A DNA stretch of 64,000 bases from Nannocystales bacterium (GTDB lineage: Bacteria > Myxococcota_A > Polyangia > Nannocystales > Nannocystaceae): NCBI GenBank assembly GCA_050633305.1, contig JBOEGF010000014.1, forward strand, positions 32,001 through 96,000. Direction: 5' to 3'. The notes under the pieces are model-generated. The model searched no databases, had not been told where the DNA came from, and saw only the letters and a program-made list of their open reading frames with translations. A program made the position numbers and the translations under genes. How positions within the stretch are numbered: position 1 is the first letter of the stretch; the number at the start of each line of letters is the position of its first letter. This document shows positions 1 to 9,095 of the stretch, in pieces.

Positions 1-67
1 GCGTGACGGTCTTGGTTCGGCCGCGCATCTGCGGGATCGTCATGGAGAACGCCATGCGCTTAGTCAT
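1..67 (-). CDS. Partial CDS, N-terminus resembling phage ASCH-like proteins
   Basis: ATG at 67 overlaps the end of the upstream ORF; reads MTKRMAFSMTIPQMRGRTKTVT and runs off the window edge. Confidence 0.4.
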   Translation of the reverse strand, partial: MTKRMAFSMTIPQMRGRTKTVT

Positions 68-344
68 CGGTGGCTCCCTTCATGGCGTCGCGGAACTCTT
101 CGAGAGCGCGATCCTTCGGCTCGACCGAAAGAGTCGCTCCCGGTTCGTGCTTCCGAAGGTCGTCGAGCTCGACGGGACGCCCGTAGTCCATCGAGACGGA
201 GAGGACGAGCCCATTGGAGCTCCGGACGACGAAGACAGGTTTGGCCCCCTCCCCGGGGACAAGGCAGGCGTGGCATGGGGGTCGGAAGTAGAGGACCCGG
301 TCTCCCTCAACGGGGCGCCCACAGGAGTGGCAGCGAAGCGTCAT
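60..344 (-). CDS. Small phage protein with putative Zn-ribbon
   Basis: CHSC...CHAC pair; start overlaps the upstream stop. Confidence 0.6.
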   Translation of the reverse strand: MTLRCHSCGRPVEGDRVLYFRPPCHACLVPGEGAKPVFVVRSSNGLVLSVSMDYGRPVELDDLRKHEPGATLSVEPKDRALEEFRDAMKGATDD

Positions 345-976
345 CGTGAACCCTCGTTCCCGAAGAGGGCGTCGGACAGGTGCAGCGTCGCGGGGTGTTT
401 CTCTAGACTGCTCAGGGGCTGTTCCGGGGTCTCCCCGGACACCATGCCCCGCGACGTTGCTGGGCTCGGGCGTTCCACCCGCTCTCCGCCGGGCTCCCGA
501 CCGACGGTGGAGGGCGTCTCACCCTCCTGGAAGTCACACACCGTTTGCGGGGTCGATTCGACTTCTAGGGGCACTCCCCACAAAGGCGGGCCCTGGCGCA
601 CATGCTCGCCTCCCCCGCTCGGGTTCGTCTCCGTGTCCGACCTGCCAAACCCATGACCAGCGATGCCGGTCTCTTGGCGCGGGTGCTCGGTTGCCCGGCG
701 ACATTCGCCGGTCCCTCCACTCGCTTTCAGGCTCGGAGCACGTTCGTTGCCGTTCTCCTCTTTCTGTTCGGGGCATTTTGTTGCGTGGAGTTCTTCCACG
801 GCTTGCTTCGCGTGCTTGAGGAGGCGCGCTTCTCCGAGCGTGGGACAGACCTCTCGCGGAGCCCGATACGACCAACGCCAGGCGGAGGCGCTCAGGCGTA
901 CGAGGCGGGCGACCTTGCGCTCTTCGAAGAATCCGCCGTAGTGGCCTGTCTTCTTGTCGCGCTTCCAGACGATCAT
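341..976 (-). CDS. Phage hypothetical protein
   Basis: ATG at 976 (MIVWKRDKK) overlaps the stop of the 973-1437 ORF; low-complexity C-terminus. Confidence 0.55.
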   Translation of the reverse strand: MIVWKRDKKTGHYGGFFEERKVARLVRLSASAWRWSYRAPREVCPTLGEARLLKHAKQAVEELHATKCPEQKEENGNERAPSLKASGGTGECRRATEHPRQETGIAGHGFGRSDTETNPSGGGEHVRQGPPLWGVPLEVESTPQTVCDFQEGETPSTVGREPGGERVERPSPATSRGMVSGETPEQPLSSLEKHPATLHLSDALFGNEGSR

Positions 977-1437
977 GCCGCACCTCCGGATTTGGTCGAC
1001 CGACTCAGGGGCGCTCGCGCACCCTCGAACGCTCCGGCAAGCTCCAGCGCCTGGGTTGTCTCCGACGCTTCGAGCTTGGTCTCGATGGCGGCGAGGTTGC
1101 TGGCAGCAAGTATCCGGAGTCGCAATGACGCGTTCTCGAACGGCGTGGAGGCGATCGCCCTCGGGCCGTTCGTCCATGTATCGATGAGGAACGCCCAGCC
1201 CTTCTCGCGTCGCCGGAACTCGAGCGTGAGGTGTTTGCTCCCATCCTCGCGGACAGCGATGGTCACCCGACCCGGAACTGCGAAGCGCTGGGCCCAGAGT
1301 TCGGCGGTGCGTTCGAAGATCGCGTTGAGTCCATCGGCGAGAATCGCGACCTCGCGCCGCGTCGCTGGGGTCCCGGTCCGGACCTGCTCTGAGACGCAGA
1401 TCGCTCGGTCGATGGCTTCCTGGGTCGCGTCGTTCAT
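973..1437 (-). CDS. Phage hypothetical protein
   Basis: ATGA coupling at both ends; protein-like composition. Confidence 0.65.
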   Translation of the reverse strand: MNDATQEAIDRAICVSEQVRTGTPATRREVAILADGLNAIFERTAELWAQRFAVPGRVTIAVREDGSKHLTLEFRRREKGWAFLIDTWTNGPRAIASTPFENASLRLRILAASNLAAIETKLEASETTQALELAGAFEGARAPLSRSTKSGGAA

Positions 1438-2456
1438 GATGACCTCTTTCTGTTCGCGATCAGCATCGTGGCCTCTTCAGCCGAGTGGCCTTGTTTGTCG
1501 AAGTAGCTGCGAGTCGTCGCCGGGTTGGAGTGTCCGAGGAGGTCGCAGGCCTGCTTGAGGTTCCCGTTGCTTTCTTCGAAGACGACGGTCGCGGCCGTGT
1601 GCCGGAAACCGTGGGGGCCGGAGAGTCCATGCACGTACTTGGTCCGCTTGTAGACCGAGTCGGGGTGAAGGCTCCCACCCTTCCCACGTCCCGATGTCCC
1701 GCAGAACACGGTGGCGTCGCTGGCGATGTGGCCGAGATGCAGGACCCTGAGCTGTTGCCAGCGCTGCAGGGCGGACACGGCCTGGGGCGAGAGTGGGAAT
1801 CGGCGCGTTGAGCCGCCCTTCACGATGGCTCTTGCGTGTGGACGCGTGGCGTCGAGATGCGTCTCGCTCCAGAGCATCGTGACCAGCGACTCCCGCCGCA
1901 TCGCTGTGTGATAGAGGGTCACGAACATCGCGTAGTCGCGGGCGTGGATCAGCGTCTTGGACTTGTCGTCATCGCCGTCCGCGAGTCTTTCGAGTTCGTC
2001 GATCTTCGCTTCGAGGTCTTGGACATCGGGACCCTCGGCGCGGTCGTAGGGTCGATAGGAGGGCCCGCGGACGGCGGTGAGGTCCCAGGTGAGTCCGAAG
2101 CGCCGCAGCGTGGCTGTGAGGCTGCGGAGGGAAGCGATCCGCCGGGCGATCGATGTGGGCTGAAGCTCGCGCTCCACCATCTCGGTCCACCAGTCGGCGA
2201 TGGAAGACTCGGCCACCAGCTGGCCGCCTTCGATGAGCACCAGAGTGCCGTCGACGGGGTCGGAGATGACCTCGCCCCGGACAAAGGTGGCGAACAGCCG
2301 CAGGTCGCTGAGTCGGGCGCGCACAGTGTGCTCGGACTTGCCGGAGAGCCACGCCTTGATGGCGTTCTGCAGACTCTCGCGTACGGCGTCGGCGTCGGCG
2401 TAAGTGACCGCACTGGCGGCGGGTGCCATGACCGCGAGCGTGTTCTCGGCGCTCAT
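1434..2456 (-). CDS. Tyrosine recombinase, XerC/D-like
   Basis: Catalytic motifs YHTAMRRESL (R), VKGG (K), HGFRH (HxxR), LLGHSNPATTRSY (H...Y); start MSAENTL at 2456 coupled to upstream stop. Confidence 0.9.
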   Translation of the reverse strand: MSAENTLAVMAPAASAVTYADADAVRESLQNAIKAWLSGKSEHTVRARLSDLRLFATFVRGEVISDPVDGTLVLIEGGQLVAESSIADWWTEMVERELQPTSIARRIASLRSLTATLRRFGLTWDLTAVRGPSYRPYDRAEGPDVQDLEAKIDELERLADGDDDKSKTLIHARDYAMFVTLYHTAMRRESLVTMLWSETHLDATRPHARAIVKGGSTRRFPLSPQAVSALQRWQQLRVLHLGHIASDATVFCGTSGRGKGGSLHPDSVYKRTKYVHGLSGPHGFRHTAATVVFEESNGNLKQACDLLGHSNPATTRSYFDKQGHSAEEATMLIANRKRSS

Positions 2457-2959
2457 GTCGAGGCTCCTGTCTCGCTGTCGTTGTAGAGGGCCTCTGGGTT
2501 TTCCCGGAGTAGGCAGCCGTGACACTCGCCGCACATCTGCTCGGAGAACACCTCACAGAGGCGCTCATCATCGAATCGTCGATCCGCGGCGTCCTTCCTC
2601 AGGCGCTCCACCTCTCTCTGCAGGCGCTGGTTGTGGAGCGCATAGGCCTCCGCGACTCCGACTGACGATTCCCTCATCCCGGGAAGCGTCCCTTCTCCCC
2701 GAAACGCCCGAGCCGCTTCGGAGTCGGATCCGGTTGCCCAGATGCACATGAGCGCCTTCTCCTGCCAGCTGGCGTGGCGCTTTGATTCGGAGACACTGAT
2801 GAAAAAGACCCGGACTCGCTCCTCCGCGCCCTCCTCGGGAAACGAGCTTGGGTGCACCCTCGCTTCATCCGCGGTCAACTCTGGGCCCCAGGCTGCGCAG
2901 TCCTCCGATTCCGGGTCGAAGCCGTACCAGCCTTGCGCCCATGACTCGTATGCGCTCAC
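2453..2959 (-). CDS. Phage hypothetical protein
   Basis: GTG start at 2959 overlaps the amidase stop; C-terminal CGECHGC. Confidence 0.55.
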   Translation of the reverse strand: MSAYESWAQGWYGFDPESEDCAAWGPELTADEARVHPSSFPEEGAEERVRVFFISVSESKRHASWQEKALMCIWATGSDSEAARAFRGEGTLPGMRESSVGVAEAYALHNQRLQREVERLRKDAADRRFDDERLCEVFSEQMCGECHGCLLRENPEALYNDSETGAST

Positions 2960-3780
2960 GCGTCCACCGTCCTGCACTCTGCGTAGAACTTGCTGCGCCA
3001 CGCGGCGGGGATCGGCAGCCCGCCGATCTGATAGTCGTCGCCCGGGACAGGGACATTGCACACCGCGGCCACCGACTCTGCGATCTTCCACTGCGCGGAG
3101 CCGCAACAGATCTGTCGGTTCGGGTTGCCGTCCTGGTCGCGTCCCGCCACCCGATGCGGAGCGATCATGAAGGGCTCGATGCCCCGCCGCCGCAGCTCTC
3201 CGATCTTGTCCGTGAGCCGGCTGGATGTCGCCTGCGCCCAGGCGGCGCTCATCCTCGAGCGGCCGAGCTGCTCGGGCTTGAAGAACCGGCCGCTGCCGGC
3301 AACACCTTCGAAGTTGCCCGCAAACTCGAAGTTGATCGAGTGGTACGGCTCCCGGTCAAATCGGTTGGAGGCGATGAGGTGGGTCTCGTCGGGGTGGACG
3401 ATGTAGACCGCGCCGTCTCCCCAGACCTCCTGCGCGGTCACGAGCTTCGCTCTGCGACGAAGTTGTGCCGGAGTCCGGACGACGCCCATCTGGTGGATGA
3501 CCAAGACGACCCGACGCTTCGAGAGATCAACAGGCGGGTACGCGGTCCGCTTGATGCGACCTGGGAGTCCCAGTGCCCGACGGCGCTTGCTCGGCCGATA
3601 CCGGCTGCGCTTCGCTTGGTCCCGAACGTCGACGAGGTGATAGTCGACTCCTTCACCGGCCGGGTCGGTCTCGGCCTGCTCGAGCTCGGCGGCGTCGAGC
3701 TTGCCGATCGCGTCTTGCCACCGCGTCGAGGCGTCGGAGATCGCGGGCCAGAGCGCGGACAATGTGGAGAACGGGTTCAT
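2956..3780 (-). CDS. N-acetylmuramoyl-L-alanine amidase-like protein (endolysin-like)
   Basis: Amidase_2-like layout: VLVIHQMG, GAVYIVHP, HSINFEFAGNF, IAPHR, ICCG (where CPG is expected). Confidence 0.6.
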   Translation of the reverse strand: MNPFSTLSALWPAISDASTRWQDAIGKLDAAELEQAETDPAGEGVDYHLVDVRDQAKRSRYRPSKRRRALGLPGRIKRTAYPPVDLSKRRVVLVIHQMGVVRTPAQLRRRAKLVTAQEVWGDGAVYIVHPDETHLIASNRFDREPYHSINFEFAGNFEGVAGSGRFFKPEQLGRSRMSAAWAQATSSRLTDKIGELRRRGIEPFMIAPHRVAGRDQDGNPNRQICCGSAQWKIAESVAAVCNVPVPGDDYQIGGLPIPAAWRSKFYAECRTVDA

Positions 3781-4568
3781 AGCGAGAGAGCCTCCTGTCG
3801 GGCTTTCGGGGTGGTGGTGAGAGGGAGAGACCGCTGTTCGCGTGTGGACTCAAGCCGCCGGCGAGCGGGGCCAAACATGTCGGGGTCGAGCTCCCAGCCG
3901 AGCCACCGGCGACCAGTACGGATCGCCGCGACGCCGGAGCTCGCCGACCCGGCGAAGGGGTCGAGGATCAAGTCGCCCGGGTCGGTGAACTGCTCGATCA
4001 TCCGCTCGAGCAACGGAATCGGCTTCTGCGTCTGGTGGATACGCTTCGTTCCGTCCCTCGCGGGGTAGCTCCAGAACGCCGGCAGTCCGCCCCCGTTCCA
4101 CTTCATTCGACCAGGGGGGTGACCGATCACGACACTCTCCGTCGCTTGGCCCGGGCGGTCTCCCGTGAGCTGCGGGCAGCAGCCCGGTTTGTGCCAAGTA
4201 CCGGTTCGGATGGGGCGGAGCGATTCTCGCTTGCCGTTCTTGCCAGGGATCACCCGCGCGAACTCCAAGGCGTCGTTCCACTCACGAACGGTTTCAGCGT
4301 CGGTGAAGAGCAACACCCAGCGGCGCACCACCTGGGCCGTCTTGATTGCCGTCATCGCTCGGTCGAAGGTGTCGAACGGTCGGAACCCGATCTGGACGTT
4401 CGAGCGGCCGTTGTCGACCTTCGATGTCCGATGGTTCGAGTGCACGTGCTTGCAGTACGGCGTGTCGGTGAAGACGTGGTCGCACTCGGGCCATGCGTCG
4501 AGAAGCGAGTTGCCGAGACGAAGCTCCCAGCCGGGTCCCGTCGCGGTGTCGAGGATCGCGGAGGTCAT
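3777..4568 (-). CDS. Site-specific DNA methyltransferase (N4-C/N6-A, beta class)
   Basis: Motif IV TDTPY precedes HQTQKP and motif I LDPFAGSASSG; start MTSAILD at 4568. Confidence 0.9.
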   Translation of the reverse strand: MTSAILDTATGPGWELRLGNSLLDAWPECDHVFTDTPYCKHVHSNHRTSKVDNGRSNVQIGFRPFDTFDRAMTAIKTAQVVRRWVLLFTDAETVREWNDALEFARVIPGKNGKRESLRPIRTGTWHKPGCCPQLTGDRPGQATESVVIGHPPGRMKWNGGGLPAFWSYPARDGTKRIHQTQKPIPLLERMIEQFTDPGDLILDPFAGSASSGVAAIRTGRRWLGWELDPDMFGPARRRLESTREQRSLPLTTTPKARQEALSL

Positions 4569-4939
4569 GAGAGCACCCCTCCGGTCGGCCAGTTGCACGG
4601 AGGCTCCGGGTCCCGCCCGGTGCCCGAGCAATGCGCGCAGGCGTTCGGGGTCTTCCCGCCGCACTCGAGGCACACGGCATTCCCGGTGTCGTCGACAGCG
4701 ACGGAGTCGAGGTCCCCAAGTTTGCCGGCGGCGAGGAGGGCCAGCTCGAGCGTGGGGGCCGCGGCGTAGCAGCATCGATCGCTACCGAAGACTTCAACCT
4801 CGTAGCGCTCCGACTTTGCGTCCCAGTTGATCTCGACCTTTCGCGAAGTCGCGCCGGGGTGGACGGATTGGCGGATGGCATCGATCGCACGCTCCAGGAG
4901 CGGCTGCGGTTCGGCGCGGGTGGGGTTGCTGCCGCTCAC
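4565..4939 (-). CDS. Phage hypothetical protein with C-terminal Zn-finger
   Basis: GTG at 4939 overlaps the upstream stop; CLECGG...CAHCSGTG (CxxCxGxG-type). Confidence 0.6.
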   Translation of the reverse strand: MSGSNPTRAEPQPLLERAIDAIRQSVHPGATSRKVEINWDAKSERYEVEVFGSDRCCYAAAPTLELALLAAGKLGDLDSVAVDDTGNAVCLECGGKTPNACAHCSGTGRDPEPPCNWPTGGVLS

Positions 4940-5196
4940 AGGTCCGCACCGCCGTTTTTCTCCGTCAGAAGCTCGACAACTTCGAAAAACACGAACGTTC
5001 CAGCGGCAAGAAACGCGAGACAAAACCCGGCGAATGCCGCTGTTGCCAGCGTGGCAACGATGCTCATCACCAGGACACTGGCTGCGTTCTCTAGCCCTGA
5101 CGATGCGGCGTTGAACCCGAACAGGGTGACGTTGACCCCGAGCGCAACCCCGAGCACGAAGGCCTCGATTTTCCGTCTGTTGGTGGTCTCGGTCAT
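4936..5196 (-). CDS. Small membrane protein
   Basis: 86 aa with two long hydrophobic segments; coupled at both ends. Confidence 0.6.
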   Translation of the reverse strand: MTETTNRRKIEAFVLGVALGVNVTLFGFNAASSGLENAASVLVMSIVATLATAAFAGFCLAFLAAGTFVFFEVVELLTEKNGGADL

Positions 5197-6158
5197 GTCG
5201 TTACCCCGCGGGCCTGGGCCTGAAGGTGGGCCCGTCGACGACCGTCTTCGGCGTCCTCGTCGCGCGCAGTCTTCCGGGGGTCGTTCACGCGGATTTTGTC
5301 GAGGAAGCGCTGGAGCATTCCGTCGACCTGTTCCCGGCGTCCGGGTGCCTCATCTCGGATCCGAATGAGGTCCTCGTCCTTGCATCCGAGTGACTCCTGG
5401 AGGCTCTTGAGCACGAAGCTGCGGATGTCTCCGGATTCGGTGGCGCGCAGGAGCTTGAGTGCCCGAGACGCGTCCTCGTAGCGGTTCTTGGTGTAGTCGC
5501 ATCCGCCTGAGACGCGGTAGCTCCCTTGCTCCCGTGCGCGCTTGCAGGACACCCACGACCCGCCGTCATTGACTCTGTCGACCAGGCGGGACTCGTCCGG
5601 CTTCACGCCGTCGTAGACCTGGGCGAAACGGGACTCGGGGAGGTTCGTCGTGACGACGGTGGGGCGCTCCGCGGCGTGTCGGGCGGAGAGGATCGCGCTG
5701 ATCCGTGCGACGGCCATGCCCGATGTGGTGCCAGGTCCACCGATCTCGTCGATGACCAGGTGTTGCGCCTCGAGCATGGACTGGACGCGCTTGGCCGCAG
5801 ATGCCCATTCGTCGAGCGCGAGGAGTGGGGCGTGACACCAGGCCGCCGTGGTGGTGAGCGCGTACCGGGCCGCGGCGGTCGTCTTCCCGAGTCCCACGGA
5901 GCTCGACAGGATGAGCATCCCGGTCCGCTGTTCCTTCGCCCAGCCGATCGCGGCGTCGAGCGCGTCGCACGACTCGAGATCGTAGGCCCATGCCGCAGCC
6001 AGTTCGCGGCGGGGGGCGCCAGCATTGGCAAGGGCCTCGAACCTCGAGACGCGTCCCTCCCAGCTGTCGCGAGGTGACAGACCCTTGGGTCCGGGGGTGT
6101 CTCCGAACGTGACCAGGGCGCTTGCGCGGTCTTCAGGGGACAGTGTTTCGGCGGCCAT
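5193..6158 (-). CDS. DnaC/IstB-like AAA+ ATPase (helicase loader)
   Basis: Walker A SSSVGLGKT, Walker B LVIDEIG, TVVTTNL, SRLVDR; TGATG overlap with the upstream replication gene. Confidence 0.85.
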   Translation of the reverse strand: MAAETLSPEDRASALVTFGDTPGPKGLSPRDSWEGRVSRFEALANAGAPRRELAAAWAYDLESCDALDAAIGWAKEQRTGMLILSSSVGLGKTTAAARYALTTTAAWCHAPLLALDEWASAAKRVQSMLEAQHLVIDEIGGPGTTSGMAVARISAILSARHAAERPTVVTTNLPESRFAQVYDGVKPDESRLVDRVNDGGSWVSCKRAREQGSYRVSGGCDYTKNRYEDASRALKLLRATESGDIRSFVLKSLQESLGCKDEDLIRIRDEAPGRREQVDGMLQRFLDKIRVNDPRKTARDEDAEDGRRRAHLQAQARGVTT

Positions 6159-7219
6159 CAGAGCGTCTCCTCCGCGTTGGGGTCGATGGGTTTGTCGGGG
6201 AGGGGGATCCCTCGGTTGGTGCAGTTCTCGGGTTTCGAGAAGTCGCCAGGTGCGTAGCTGGGGCTGCCACCACCGCTGCCGCTGCCACCACCGCCGTTCG
6301 ATCCTCGTCGCGGGGCGGGAATCGAGCTCGCGTGCTCCCACTTCTCCCAGTTCTTGGCCCAGTGCAGATATTGGAGCGTCAGGTGCTGAATCCAGAACTC
6401 GTCGCGTGAGGCCGCCTCGGCGAGGTGACCGATCCGGAGCTTCCAGTCCTCGAACGATGCGCCTTCTCGCTTCGTCGCCTTCTCGACCCACCTGCGTTGG
6501 GACTTACTGTCAGTTCGGAACCCGACGGCGTTCTCGATGAGGCGCGCGCGGTGTTCGTTGATCAGGGCGATGACGCGGTCGACGAGTGTTGCGTCGACCG
6601 ACGACCTCGACTTCGAGCCAGACCGAGAGCGCGGCCCAGTCGCGGAGTCGCGACTTGGCTTATTCTCTCTCTCTTGATCTCGATCTAATTCTTCATCTAA
6701 TTCTCTATCTTGGTTCCCCCAAATCGGAATCTGGTGGAGATCAGGTCCTGATCTTTTTTCGACAACCCCGTCATTGCTCGGGTTCTTGGAAATCAGGTGA
6801 GGGTACCGGTCACAGATCAGGCGCCTGATCTGATTAACCAACTTGACTACGACTTGATCTCGAATCTGATTCCAAAACTTGACCTGATCTTCGGTCCCCG
6901 GCGGCTTCTGTTCGTCGGCCATTTCGACCCACCACAGGACCTCGAACTCGCGGAACCAGACGACATGGCCCGCGCTGGCGAGGCGGGAAATCGACTCTTC
7001 GATGTCGCCGGCTGTCACAGTCACCGTCCGCCCGTCGCCCGATGCGATCCGCGCCATGGATGCGAGGGAGCGCTCGAGCAAGCCGAGTTGGTTCTCGCAT
7101 TGGCACTGCAGTCGGAGCCCGTGCTCTCGATCGGAGAACCAGTGGGTGCTCCGGTGATTCAGCACATCGACGCGAGTCTTGGTCCAGAACACGTCTGCGC
7201 TTCCAGACTTCTTAGGCAC
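6158..7219 (-). CDS. Putative phage replication initiator / replisome organizer
   Basis: Directly upstream of the DnaC-like gene; internal AT-rich repeat region; charged linker (DRELDEELDRDQERE) followed by a C-terminal helical domain. Confidence 0.65.
   Translation of the reverse strand: MPKKSGSADVFWTKTRVDVLNHRSTHWFSDREHGLRLQCQCENQLGLLERSLASMARIASGDGRTVTVTAGDIEESISRLASAGHVVWFREFEVLWWVEMADEQKPPGTEDQVKFWNQIRDQVVVKLVNQIRRLICDRYPHLISKNPSNDGVVEKRSGPDLHQIPIWGNQDRELDEELDRDQERENKPSRDSATGPRSRSGSKSRSSVDATLVDRVIALINEHRARLIENAVGFRTDSKSQRRWVEKATKREGASFEDWKLRIGHLAEAASRDEFWIQHLTLQYLHWAKNWEKWEHASSIPAPRRGSNGGGGSGSGGGSPSYAPGDFSKPENCTNRGIPLPDKPIDPNAEETL
6661..6890. repeat. Palindrome / iteron-like cluster inside the replication gene (candidate origin)
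   Basis: AGATCAGG-T-CCTGATCT (6738-6754), perfect 20-bp palindrome CAGATCAGGCGCCTGATCTG (6813-6832), further TGATCT copies near 6675, 6855 and 6885, and an AT-rich tract at 6661-6715. Confidence 0.6.
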
Positions 7220-7634
7220 GAGACGCCCCCTCCGAGGCCTTCACGCCAGCCTGAGTGGCCTGGTAGACCTTGGCCCGCCGCCCCGAGGGAGCTTTGCGGT
7301 AGTTGCCCGCGTGCTCGATGAAGCGGAGCGTCTCGAGTTCCCGGATCCGTGGGCGGATCGTGTTGCCGGGGACGCCGAGGCGCTGCTCGAGCTGTTGAGC
7401 GGTGGCATCCTGCGCGACGATGGATGCCAGGACCTGCCGCTGGACCTTGCCCGCGAGTCCGGTCTTGGCGACGTGGGACGCCGCCTCCCGGGACGTGTCG
7501 TGGTCAGAGGCAGGGGTCCATGGCGACCTGTTCCGCGACCTTCGGCGGGCCGGCGGTCGCGATGCCGGCCCAGGCGAAGGGTCGAGCGCGAGAGCCATCT
7601 GCTGGTCCTCGGGAGGTTTGGGGGACTGGGTCAA
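7212..7634 (-). CDS. Winged-helix DNA-binding protein
   Basis: ATAQQLEQRLGVPGNTIRPRIRELETLRFIEHAG...RKAPSGRRAKVY, a phage wHTH pattern. Confidence 0.75.
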   Translation of the reverse strand: MTQSPKPPEDQQMALALDPSPGPASRPPARRRSRNRSPWTPASDHDTSREAASHVAKTGLAGKVQRQVLASIVAQDATAQQLEQRLGVPGNTIRPRIRELETLRFIEHAGNYRKAPSGRRAKVYQATQAGVKASEGASRA

Positions 7635-7915
7635 CGTGCGCCCCCCATGGTGAGACGGTCGAGCGTGCCGGGGGCCCAGGACCGCTGAGGTGCCGTGTGG
7701 CGAGGGGGACGCCGATCGTGGGCCCTAGACCGCTTCGCGGCGGTCTGACGGGCGTGCTGGAGAGCCTCAAGGGCGGTGCCGAACGTTCCGGCAGAGATCA
7801 CGCTGCCATCGGTCAACTTCAGCCGGTACCGGACTCGACCCCGGGACCCTCGAACTCGGACCCACTTCACGCCGAAGCGGGTCCACTTTGAGTGGTGGAG
7901 GTCGCTACCAAACAT
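7631..7915 (-). CDS. Small basic hypothetical protein
   Basis: ATG at 7915 overlaps the integrase end; Arg-rich, 94 aa. Confidence 0.5.
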   Translation of the reverse strand: MFGSDLHHSKWTRFGVKWVRVRGSRGRVRYRLKLTDGSVISAGTFGTALEALQHARQTAAKRSRAHDRRPPRHTAPQRSWAPGTLDRLTMGGAR

Positions 7916-9095
7916 TGGACACCCCCCGGAGTTCCTCTCCGTCCGGCGTTCTCTCGTAGGCTCCCTGTCGGAGTTCGACGAAGAGGCCGCGACGCACGAG
8001 AGCCTTGGCTGCCTGAGCCTGGCCTGCGCCACGCGGAAAAACCTCCGAGCCTGGACAACACAGCAAGCTGAACTGCGCGGGCGTCAGTTGGTCCAGCGTC
8101 ACCGACTTGGGCTCCGGGATCCGGAGCTCGAGCTGGTACTGGAGCGAGCCGAGGAGCAGCCGCTCGACGCGGGTCGCCACATCTTCCATCCGATCGTCGC
8201 CCAGGTGGGCGTAGCGAGCGGTCATGTGTTCGGTGGTGTGCCCAAGCGAGATACGAAGGGCCCCCATCTTCTCGCCGCTGTCGAGCGCGAGCGATGCCCA
8301 GGTTCTGCGGAGGTCATGCAGCCAAACATCGTTGAGCCCGACCGAGTCGGCGAGCTTTCGCCACGCGTGCGAGAGACTGGTCTGCTGCAGGTGGCTCTGA
8401 GTGCGTCCGGGGAAGAGGTGTTTGAAGCGGCCGCCGGACTGAGTGGCTTGGCTGCGACGGCGGCGGACGATCTCCTGCGCCCGAGGGCCGAGCCAGACCT
8501 TGCGATCCCCGGTCTTGGCGTCTCGTAGGAAGATGTAGTCCCCCATCGGAGAGACCTCGCCGGCCACGAGGGTGACAACCTCGCCGGAGCGAAACGGGGT
8601 GGTCAGGGAGAGCCAGAGCGCGTCGACGGTGACCGCGTGCGCTCGAGGACGCTTCGAGTAGACCGACAATGCGGTCGCAATCCGAGAGAACTCCTCGTAG
8701 GTCAGGTATCGGTCCCGCTCCTGGGATCCACGCCTGAAGGCGAACGGCTTGGCGGCAGCGGCGTCCGGCCAGCCGTTCTGAGACGCCCAGGTCAGGAACG
8801 GGCTGAGAACAGTGCGTACGTTGTGGCGGCTCCCAACCGGGAATGAGTCGAGCCAGAGCTGGGAGTCCTCGGCGCAAAGGTCTGCCAGCGGCAGTTCGCC
8901 AATGGCGTCGGTAAACCGGCCGAGGTAGTAGGTGCGGTTCTCCTCGGTCTTAGGCTTGTTACGCCCAGCCTTGGCGGCGATGTACTCGTCGACCGCTTCG
9001 GCGATGGTCTCGGAGCGGGGCTCTGGGTTGGCGAGGGCGTGAAGCTCGAGGGCCTGCTTGGCGATGGCCGCCATCCTGGCGGTAGCGTCGGACAT
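7905..9095 (-). CDS. int: Phage integrase (tyrosine recombinase)
   Basis: TTPFRSGEV (R), DAKTG (K), WLHDLRRTWAS (HxxR), SLGHTTEHMTARYAHL (H...Y); adjacent to the tRNA fragment. Confidence 0.92.
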   Translation of the reverse strand: MSDATARMAAIAKQALELHALANPEPRSETIAEAVDEYIAAKAGRNKPKTEENRTYYLGRFTDAIGELPLADLCAEDSQLWLDSFPVGSRHNVRTVLSPFLTWASQNGWPDAAAAKPFAFRRGSQERDRYLTYEEFSRIATALSVYSKRPRAHAVTVDALWLSLTTPFRSGEVVTLVAGEVSPMGDYIFLRDAKTGDRKVWLGPRAQEIVRRRRSQATQSGGRFKHLFPGRTQSHLQQTSLSHAWRKLADSVGLNDVWLHDLRRTWASLALDSGEKMGALRISLGHTTEHMTARYAHLGDDRMEDVATRVERLLLGSLQYQLELRIPEPKSVTLDQLTPAQFSLLCCPGSEVFPRGAGQAQAAKALVRRGLFVELRQGAYERTPDGEELRGVSNVW

